Shown here piece by piece: positions 18,601-24,809 of a stretch of 31,201 nt of DNA. A model generated the notes under the pieces. That model saw only the letters and a list, made by a program, of their open reading frames with translations, did no database searches and had not been told where the DNA came from. The stretch comes from Allobaculum fili (GTDB taxonomy: Bacteria; Bacillota_I; Bacilli_A; Erysipelotrichales; Erysipelotrichaceae). The stretch covers positions 1-31,201 of the forward strand of contig NZ_JAHDSX010000028.1 in assembly GCF_020969955.1 (NCBI RefSeq). Direction: 5' to 3'. How positions within the stretch are numbered: the first letter of the stretch is position 1; each line of letters opens with the position of its first letter. The translations under genes and the position numbers were made by a program.

Positions 18601-19846
18601 CCTTCGTTTTACAAATCTTCCGGCAGGAAAATCCGCCGTCGTGAACGTGAAGATTGCGACGACCGATGCGACCGTTACGACGTATACGCCAGCCACAGTG
18701 GAAATTCCATCGAAGACGGAGCCTGCGAATATCGTATTCTCCAAAGCCGAAGGCGGCTATGCACAGGCGGTACTCGAGTTTGAAAATCCGACAAACGCAT
18801 CCGTCACGATTCTTCGCTCGTCTTCCTTAAACGGAACGTATGCGGAAATCGAAACCGTACAGTCCGGATCGTATACAGACCAAGTTGAACCGGATCAGAC
18901 CTGGTTTTACAAACTGCGCTGGAACGATGGAGAAGAACAGACATCCCAGGCCAGAGAAGTGAAAACCGGCATGGAGGCCTATAAAGCCAGTGCCCAAGTC
19001 TACGAAGCCCTTTCTGGCCAGACGTTTGACGGTCAGACACTGATCGATCTTTCCGATCAGGCCGATAGTGTAAAAGCCATGAATGCAGGAAGTCTCTTCT
19101 TCCGCTTTAAGACGGATGCAGCAACAGATTCCATGGCGCTTGTCTATGGAAAAGAAGCGGGTACAACGACTAGCCTGATCCAGACAGGCGGCGGTCAAAT
19201 GAATCGCCATTCGATTTCCCTTCGCCCGCTGCAGGGCAAGCTGTCGCTGCGCCCGGATCTGGCCCACACCAGAGCCGATGGAAACACGGAAGATCTTGGC
19301 GATGGACAGTGGCATAACGTCGTTCTCGTCTGCACTTCCGGTCCGGATCGAACCTTTACCTGGTATATCGACGGTAAGGAAGTTCAGGCCTTTTCCGGAG
19401 CTGGCAATGCCGGCTTCTTCTCCACGCTGGCCGGCCTGAATCAGCTGACGCTTGGCGGTTATTACAACGGGAGCAATATCACGACCGTAATCAACGGCTT
19501 TAAAGGCGAAATGCGCGATGTGATTTTCTCGACGGAATGTCTGAATCAGACCCATTCCCAGAAAATTACAGACGGTCTGTACAGCGAAACGGATCCAGAA
19601 CCGGAACCGACGCTCATCACGGATCTTCTGGATGCGGCACTCCAGAAAGCCGATGCTCTAAACGGCCTCTATATAAATCAGGATCAGAACTTTGACGAAA
19701 AATGCACACAGGCCAGGTCGGTTCTGGAAAATCCGCAAAGACAGAGTGAAATTGATCAGAGTGCCAAAACGCTCAATCAGGCGCTGCTCGCTCTGCGTAA
19801 AGTTCCATCCGTAAATGCGCTCAGCAATTTGAAATCCGTTCAGTAA
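15662..19846 (+). CDS. Giant secreted multidomain protein B (paralog of A): LamG, degenerate SGNH, intact SGNH/GDSL esterase, LamG, FIVAR-like tail
   Basis: 1394-aa ORF with ribosome-binding site AGAAGGAGA and signal peptide MNRKTARTKFSVLALALSM...QVLA/AEA. It is collinear with residues about 425-1741 of protein A. SGNH blocks are GDSITHG (nt 17798-17818), NTAVSGA, LGMNDC and SDGLHPNGIGH. It ends with a PEPEP linker and a FIVAR-like tail. Confidence 0.8.
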   Translation: MNRKTARTKFSVLALALSMSCTALGSSMTQVLAAEAIPSAVHTQTKTNTRPAAQETLPAIEAKGGYAQVQIAIDRAEDDTNTYSILRADSENGSYVSIGETTESIWIDTMVQTETTYFYKLQKGSKISSTPIEASTGKEAYLHQSVLNKALNESESVFDGTRVVDLSDSIGSIKNLEEGSVYIRFKSENATDSALRHLLTYHNCANPEDMSNTNASYSTDKIFYLALDYRNGTHKLRADLTGGAKATNGSGYGDGQWHTLVLTSRADNPTFGVSVDGVSVLSYSQAAFKGLFTRLVNADQLQIGGYKPADTVYEGFKGEISQVAISSEALTTAQANALTSAEQSRFKKDMFSLDEIGNTWMFVGGEEVAANYEHVQGLRSFVYHFEEYARWEKPRQMSTAIEPLKIGHSHFVANAGKTGNTLSDTVSALPDSQNAFHARTIVYTAGIEDIQEYVAAPDKNVWKNSYQTALTSLKNAIPSNGYLVIQTPHACKDAQKNAAAKEIADLIQTHFAADLGAEPNAQNVFVVDQYTHSNTDTFKSTCLNADDQLNGYGHFEIARILENVTGQSTTSDYNAGNLDDCIPVDQPAYHDLANGKEALQASFENASLELTLASSDVLGGSDWILHAENGEVELSTPVQANASVSLPVKDGSWTLRLISEDGTAELPAYSISKGEASLKRQSTLPEETALSDTQKRIRDLLKSDKKLNWIFYGDSITHGCRHTRGYDTIVQLFDKYMHAPDGLNRPDDLILNTAVSGAIAQDTLSDPHKKARIESYVPDVAIVMLGMNDCAASGITPDVFEAQLKENLATIKKQNPDVEIILRACNVTTASGRGNLKQYIAKVRKVAQEENYILADHATTWEAAMARQTNANQGGTGNLNSDGLHPNGIGHKVMFDDLTRAMGIYDTSSPICRLQYKMNQKSTQSDRQPDCQTGIGELSLDLTALVDPGKTAGTAEVTVTAAGFSWTKTYDIASPDDRTTLRFTNLPAGKSAVVNVKIATTDATVTTYTPATVEIPSKTEPANIVFSKAEGGYAQAVLEFENPTNASVTILRSSSLNGTYAEIETVQSGSYTDQVEPDQTWFYKLRWNDGEEQTSQAREVKTGMEAYKASAQVYEALSGQTFDGQTLIDLSDQADSVKAMNAGSLFFRFKTDAATDSMALVYGKEAGTTTSLIQTGGGQMNRHSISLRPLQGKLSLRPDLAHTRADGNTEDLGDGQWHNVVLVCTSGPDRTFTWYIDGKEVQAFSGAGNAGFFSTLAGLNQLTLGGYYNGSNITTVINGFKGEMRDVIFSTECLNQTHSQKITDGLYSETDPEPEPTLITDLLDAALQKADALNGLYINQDQNFDEKCTQARSVLENPQRQSEIDQSAKTLNQALLALRKVPSVNALSNLKSVQ

Positions 19847-19945
19847 ACCCGACGGCTGGATTTCTATCCTTGCCATCCAATGCGAAGGCCGAAGGAAATC
19901 CGTCCAAAATGAAATAGAAGAAAGGAGCTTTACAAGCCGCTTTAT

Positions 19946-19999
19946 AAAAAGACCAGTTCTTTCGGATCTCAAAATCGGATTCGATCGAGCTGGTCTTTT
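19946..19999 (+). terminator. Compound hairpin terminator after giant gene B (possibly bidirectional)
   Basis: AAAAAGACCAGTTC...GAGCTGGTCTTTT forms a 9-bp outer stem with one G-T pair. It encloses the inner stem TCGGATC/GATTCGA. An A-run precedes it and a T-run follows. Confidence 0.6.
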
Positions 20000-20288
20000 C
20001 CATATATTGAAGAGGGGAGCCTGCATAAGAGAAGGGGAGTCAAGCCCGCTCGGACGTGCAAAATCACGATGTTTCTGAAGATTGAATCGATATGATCAAA
20101 ATGATGAAAAAGCTTATCCAAAACGGATTAAAAAATTGCGTAACCTGTTGCGTGAGCACTCGAAAATGGCTTATGTACAGCCTGTGTGAAAGCGCATTAC
20201 ATTAAGGACGCGTTAAACTTTGCCAGGAAACCGGGTACATTTCCACAGCATTATTGGAATTCGATGTGTTTCGGTTTATTTTATTGAT

Positions 20289-20819
20289 ATGAAATCACGT
20301 TCCGTTCAGGTTTGCGACTGTGCCTGCTACCTTGCTAAAAACATTCGCAGCGCTGAAGGCGAACTGCCCAGCGCACAGAGAATTCACAACCTCCTGTATC
20401 TTGCTACACGGGAAAGCACCTGCATTTTTGGAGAAGGTCTTGTTCCCTGCACCTTCCGCTGCACCGATGACGGCGTTCTTTGTGAGAACTGCTCTCATAC
20501 CGTAGTCCATTCGGGCCGATGGATTCCTGCTGCACCAAAAATGACCAAAAACGTTCTGGGTATTCTGAACTCGATTCTGGCAACGTATGGATCCTGGAAT
20601 GAAAGCGAACTTCGACTTCACATCCTGCAGGAAAAAAGCTGGAATCACGCCAGAGAAACCGAAGAGGACGGCATTCTCAGTCAGGAAATGATTGCAGAAG
20701 ATGCACAGAAAGTTTCCAGGCTGAATGCCCTCTGGTCGATGAGCCACTGCAGCTACGATCCAGTTATTCTGGATGACGCCGATCGCAGCGGATGCCTCTG
20801 CTTTGGTCTTCAGGCGTAA
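20289..20819 (+). CDS. Panacea / DUF4065 (SocA-like antitoxin-type) domain protein
   Basis: 176 aa counted from ATG 20289. VCDCACYLAKNI...RIHNLLYLATRESTCIFGEGLV..F.C.DDGVLCENC...ILNSILATYGSWNESELRLHILQEKSWNHA follows the DUF4065 pattern (v.dvA.yfl / lKLqKLLYyaq / f.AwkyGPV / vl..YG.~s...L...tH.e.pW). There is no SD before this ATG. The alternative TTG start at 20220 has AAGGA 11 nt upstream. Confidence 0.5.
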   Translation: MKSRSVQVCDCACYLAKNIRSAEGELPSAQRIHNLLYLATRESTCIFGEGLVPCTFRCTDDGVLCENCSHTVVHSGRWIPAAPKMTKNVLGILNSILATYGSWNESELRLHILQEKSWNHARETEEDGILSQEMIAEDAQKVSRLNALWSMSHCSYDPVILDDADRSGCLCFGLQA

Positions 20820-20929
20820 AACGGGAGGTCTGTAAGGAAAGGGCGAAACAGCAGACAGCCAAAGATACGAATCACTTTATATAAAGAGAAACAGATGGAT
20901 CGGAAAGTCCTGCACAGGAAACTTTCCAG

Positions 20930-20975
20930 AGCGTCAGACGATGGAAAAGAGAACATCGTCTGACGCTTTTCTTTT
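20930..20975 (+). terminator. Strong rho-independent terminator after the Panacea-domain gene
   Basis: Perfect 14-bp stem AGCGTCAGACGATG/CATCGTCTGACGCT with a 10-nt loop, followed by TTTCTTTT. A second hairpin lies just upstream at 20902-20927. Confidence 0.8.
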
Positions 20976-21043
20976 GAAGTGCCTGGAAATTTCGAAGGGA
21001 AAGAGAAACCGCAAACCCTTTGTTTTCACGAAAACAGGACATG

Positions 21044-21068
21044 AAAAAAGCCGGATCCAGGATCCGGC
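21044..21068 (-). terminator. Rho-independent terminator of thl
   Basis: The minus strand reads AGCCGGATCCTGGATCCGGCTTTTTT (stem GCCGGAT/ATCCGGC), about 25 nt past the thl stop. An additional near-palindrome GAAGATTTGAATTCAGATCTTC lies at 21070-21091. Confidence 0.7.
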
Positions 21069-21091
21069 TGAAGATTTGAATTCAGATCTTC

Positions 21092-22300
21092 TTAGTAAAC
21101 CATTTTAACGATTACAGCAACACCCATGCCGCCGCCGATGCAGAGGGAAGCGAGACCATAAGTGAGGTGACGTTTAGCCATTTCGTAGATCAGGGAAACG
21201 AGGATACGGTTTCCGGAAGCGCCTACTGGGTGACCAAGAGCGATAGCGCCGCCGTTTACGTTGGTAACGGACATGAGAGCTTCGCGATCGATGCCAGTCT
21301 TTTCAACCAGTTCGTGGATTACGCCAAGGGACTGAGAAGCGAAGGCTTCGTTCAGTTCGATCAGTTCCATCTGATCCAGAGTCATGCCTGCATTTTCAAG
21401 AGCGTGCAGGATAGCCGGGGTAGGACCAAGGCCCATTGTCAGAGGATCAACACCGCCTTGACCAAAAGCAACGATTTCAGCGATTGGTTTCAGGTTGTTT
21501 TCAGCTACAGCGGATTCGCTGGCTACGATACACATGGAAGCACCGTCGTTGATTCCGGATGCGTTGCCGGCTGTAACGGTTCCGTCTTTGATGAAGGAAG
21601 GTTTCAGTTTAGCAAGGAGTTCCATGGAAGTTTTTCTTGGATGTTCGTCGGTATCGAAGATAACGGTTTTCTTGCGTTCTTTAACTTCGATTGGAACGAT
21701 TTCATCTTTGAATTTTCCAGCAGCGATAGCAGCAAGTGCTTTTTCCTGGCTGGCGAAAGCGAATTCATCCTGCTGTTCGCGGGTGATGTTGTATTTCTTC
21801 GCAATGTTTTCAGCGGTTACGCCCATGTGAACGTTGTTCATAGCATCTGTCAGCGCATCGTAAATCATGGAGTCAACAACTGTCTGGTTGCCCATCTTAA
21901 CGCCCTGGCGGTTTTTGCCGGAGATCAGATAAGGAGCAGCGGACATGTTTTCAACACCGCCGGCTACGAAGATGCTTCCCCATCCAGCACGAATACGGAT
22001 GGCTGCTTCGATTACAGCTTCAAGACCGGAGCCGCAAACCATGTTGATGGAATGTGCCGGAACTGTGTTAGGAATGCCAGCATCGATAGAAATGTGACGT
22101 GCGATGTTCTGGCCAAGTCCGGCACCAATTACGTTACCGATGATTACTTCGTTAACCTGTTCTGGTTTTACATTTGCCTGTTCAAGAGCTGCTTTCAGAA
22201 CGGTAGCACCCATATCAGCAGGGGTTACATTTTTCAGAGAGCCCATGAATGTTCCGATGGCGGTACGTTTTGCGCCAACGATATAAGCTTTTTCACTCAT
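21092..22300 (-). CDS. thl: Acetyl-CoA C-acetyltransferase (thiolase)
   Basis: 402-aa ORF with thiolase signatures: NMVCGSGLEAV (active-site Cys), NVNGGAIALGHPVGASG and LCIGGGMGVA. Confidence 0.9.
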   Translation of the reverse strand: MSEKAYIVGAKRTAIGTFMGSLKNVTPADMGATVLKAALEQANVKPEQVNEVIIGNVIGAGLGQNIARHISIDAGIPNTVPAHSINMVCGSGLEAVIEAAIRIRAGWGSIFVAGGVENMSAAPYLISGKNRQGVKMGNQTVVDSMIYDALTDAMNNVHMGVTAENIAKKYNITREQQDEFAFASQEKALAAIAAGKFKDEIVPIEVKERKKTVIFDTDEHPRKTSMELLAKLKPSFIKDGTVTAGNASGINDGASMCIVASESAVAENNLKPIAEIVAFGQGGVDPLTMGLGPTPAILHALENAGMTLDQMELIELNEAFASQSLGVIHELVEKTGIDREALMSVTNVNGGAIALGHPVGASGNRILVSLIYEMAKRHLTYGLASLCIGGGMGVAVIVKMVY

Positions 22301-22341
22301 TACGAATGACCTCTTTCTACTCTTACGAGATTTGCGATTTC

Positions 22342-22370
22342 ATACTAGCCCACCCGCGAAGGAATATCAA
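22342..22370 (-). promoter_or_regulatory. Candidate sigma-A promoter of thl
   Basis: On the minus strand: TTGATA (22370-22365), a 17-nt spacer, then TAGTAT (22347-22342), about 40 nt upstream of the thl ATG. Confidence 0.5.
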
Positions 22371-22376
22371 ACCGTT

Positions 22377-22393
22377 TTGTGAAAGAAATCACA
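22377..22393. promoter_or_regulatory. Rex-operator-like palindrome upstream of thl
   Basis: TTGTGAAagaaATCACA compared with the Rex consensus TTGTGAA-N4-TTCACAA has one mismatch in the right half-site. It sits 6 nt upstream of the thl -35. Confidence 0.5.
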
Positions 22394-23497
22394 GTTTCCC
22401 GGATTCCGACGCGATTGTTCGCCTTCCCAGATCGTGAACCGCTTTCAATTTAAAAAGAAAGCCGAATTGCCTTGTTTTTGGCCTTCGAAAGGACCGGATC
22501 GAGCAGGAAAACAAACGTGCGGACTGTTTGAATCTGTCTTTATCTTATCAGAGAGCCCCAGTTTCTAAACCATCATTTTTGACCGAGCGCTCAGACCAGA
22601 GGGGAAAAGCCGCCTGGTGACGCTCTGAACCGAAAGGGATTTCAGCCAGATGTCACAAATTCTCAGAAGATTTTCCGAGCAGGCACTTTAAAGGGAACGA
22701 CTGGATCTGAACTCCCGTATAAGAGTGAGATCACATACAGGATCATGTCCAGGAGAAACAGAAAATTGACCGGCAGATTCGAATGCCCGGCAACGGAAGA
22801 AGAAAAGAGAACTCGCAACTTCCTGACGGGCTGATCCACGAAATGGCTTTCCCATATAGAGGAGCACGCAAGCATAGAGGCACGCAAACCCAAAACAGGG
22901 AAAAGAAAACCGGATCCTGCGGGCGCGGCGAATCCGGAAAACGAGTATGGTCTGTCAGTCATCGTATAGAGAAGAGTCCGATCCAGTCTCTTTTATATAG
23001 ACGATCTTATATTGGTGATCTGTTATAGCCGATCTGTCTGTATATGGACGCTGTATGGGCTGCTTTCTTCACTGCGAAGCAATTCTGAATGAGGACAGCG
23101 AGTGAACGGGAGGCGCAATCCGTAAGAAGTGTTCCCAGAAGAACAGGGGAGTGAGTGAACCGAAGCAAAACGAAATACAGCGTTTTGTCAGGCAGCCTGA
23201 CCGTTTGAGGCGTTCCTTTTCGAAGAAGAAAGCTGTTCGAATCGGATGGAAAATACGAAATTGTGGGATGGAGCGAAACGGAAAACATTGAAAAAAACGG
23301 GTTAAATTCTGAATTAATAAACAAAATGCAAAATGAAAGCGATATCATGGAGGTGGACCGCAGAAATGTGGGTATATTTTGCCCGCTTCGGGCCATTCTG
23401 GTCAAGGGCATGTCTGATTCCCTTTAGGTAGGCCTTTTATGTAAAGGAATTGACAGATTTTAAATACCGGAAGAGCTCCCACACTTTTGTGCTGACG

Positions 23498-23513
23498 TGT
23501 GAAAGTATTCACA
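23498..23513. promoter_or_regulatory. Rex-operator-like palindrome upstream of bcd
   Basis: TGTGAAagtaTTCACA is a perfect core palindrome that matches the Rex operator TTGTGAA-N4-TTCACAA. It lies 8 nt upstream of the -35 of the candidate bcd promoter. Confidence 0.6.
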
Positions 23514-23520
23514 TTTGAAA

Positions 23521-23548
23521 TTGACAGTACTTTGGAAAGGGCTATTAA
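23521..23548 (+). promoter_or_regulatory. Candidate sigma-A promoter of bcd-etfBA
   Basis: TTGACA (23521-23526), a 16-nt spacer, then TATTAA (23543-23548). An overlapping alternative is TTTGGA, 17 nt, TATTAT (23554-23559). The 5' UTR is about 100 nt and contains a hairpin at 23570-23602. Confidence 0.5.
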
Positions 23549-23648
23549 AGGGCTATTATTGTGCTTAGTACAAAGAACGGGTACGTTTTCGTACGTCTTT
23601 GTCCTGGATCCTAAGTTCTATTTGAAGAGAAAGGAGAACTTCATTTTT

Positions 23649-24788
23649 ATGGATTTCAATTTAACAGAACAACAGAAACTGATGCAGAAGTTGTTCCGGG
23701 AAGTTGCACAGGCAGAAGTCAAAGACAATGCTGCTGATGTCGACGAAAAAGAACGCTTTCCAAAAGAAAACGTTGAAATTCTTCGTCAGGCAAAAATGCT
23801 TGGAATTCCTTATCCACGGGAATACGGAGGAGCTGGCGCCGATTATCTGTCCTACATTCTGGCAGTCGAAGAACTCAGCAAAACCTGCGCTACTACAGGC
23901 GTAGTCCTCTCTGCACACACCTCCCTGGGTACCTGGCCGATCGCTCAGTACGGTACGCCGGAACAGAAGGAAAAATACCTTCGTCCGCTGGCTTCCGGTG
24001 AAAAGCTTGGCGCATTCGGTCTGACCGAGCCAAACGCCGGTACCGATGCTGCCGGTCAGCAGACAACCGCCGTTCTGGTCGGAGACGAATACGTTCTCAA
24101 CGGAACAAAGATCTTTATCACCAACGCTGGCGAAGCTGATGTCTATATCATTTTTGCCATGACCGATAAGTCCAAGGGAAACAAGGGTATTTCCGCTTTC
24201 ATCGTTGAAAAGGATACTCCGGGCTTCACCATTGGACAGCACGAAAAGAAACTCGGTATCCGCGGTTCCGCGACTTCCGAGCTGATCTTCAACAACGTTC
24301 GCATTCCTAAGGAAAACCTTCTGGGCGGTGAAGGAAAAGGCTTCAAAGTTGCCATGTCCACACTCGACGGCGGACGTATTGGTATCGCAGCGCAGGCTCT
24401 TGGCATTGCCGAGGGTGCTCTCGAAGAAACCATTAAATACGTTAAGGAAAGGAAGCAGTTCGGACGTCCGATCGCTAAATTCCAGAACACACAGTTTGTC
24501 ATTGCTGACATGCAGACTCGCATTGATGCAGCCAAGATGCTCGTTTACCGCGCAGCTATGGCCAAAGAAGAAGGCAAACCTTATTCCGTACTGGCTGCTG
24601 AAGCCAAGCTCTTTGCTGCAGAAACAGCTATGGAAGTTACCACAAAGTGCATCCAGCTGATGGGCGGCTACGGCTATACCCGCGATCTGCCAGTTGAAAG
24701 AATGTTCCGCGATGCCAAGATTACTGAGATCTACGAAGGAACATCCGAAGTTCAGCGCATGGTTATCTCCGGCGCAGCGCTTCGCTAG
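23649..24788 (+). CDS. bcd: Butyryl-CoA dehydrogenase (short-chain acyl-CoA dehydrogenase)
   Basis: 379 aa counted from ATG 23649, with AAAGGAGAA 9 nt upstream. MDFNLTEQQKLMQ... is a typical Bcd N-terminus, and YEGTSEVQRMVIS is the catalytic-Glu region. It is followed directly by etfB and etfA. Confidence 0.9.
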   Translation: MDFNLTEQQKLMQKLFREVAQAEVKDNAADVDEKERFPKENVEILRQAKMLGIPYPREYGGAGADYLSYILAVEELSKTCATTGVVLSAHTSLGTWPIAQYGTPEQKEKYLRPLASGEKLGAFGLTEPNAGTDAAGQQTTAVLVGDEYVLNGTKIFITNAGEADVYIIFAMTDKSKGNKGISAFIVEKDTPGFTIGQHEKKLGIRGSATSELIFNNVRIPKENLLGGEGKGFKVAMSTLDGGRIGIAAQALGIAEGALEETIKYVKERKQFGRPIAKFQNTQFVIADMQTRIDAAKMLVYRAAMAKEEGKPYSVLAAEAKLFAAETAMEVTTKCIQLMGGYGYTRDLPVERMFRDAKITEIYEGTSEVQRMVISGAALR

Positions 24789-24809
24789 TGGAAAGGAAAA
24801 CGGGATACT

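Noticed and set aside
10132-19846. PPEP-type Pro-Pro cleavage motifs (xxP-Pxx) in the giant proteins
   Set aside because: No Pro-Pro dipeptide motif resembling VNP-PVP or PLP-PVP was seen. Only alternating PEPEP linkers are present. If the neighbouring protease acts on these proteins, its specificity must differ from known PPEPs.
20220-20288. TTG start at 20220 for the Panacea-domain gene
   Set aside because: It is not fully rejected, because AAGGA lies 11 nt upstream. However, the extra 23 aa have no counterpart in the DUF4065 pattern, which begins right after the ATG at 20289. It is kept as an alternative only.
21167-22309. 380-aa plus-strand ORF
   Set aside because: It is antisense to thl, so this is a shadow ORF.
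22394-23449. Decayed rex gene in the thl-bcd spacer (rex often sits next to the bcs operon in clostridia)
   Set aside because: None of the six frames shows Rex-like peptides, neither the winged-helix LPLY.R region nor the GAGNLG Rossmann motif. There is no support in the sequence.
23499-23648. Upstream in-frame extension of bcd (GTG at 23499)
   Set aside because: It would run through the Rex box, the promoter and the 5' UTR hairpin. The ATG at 23649 has a proper ribosome-binding site and gives the canonical MDFNLTEEQ-type Bcd N-terminus.
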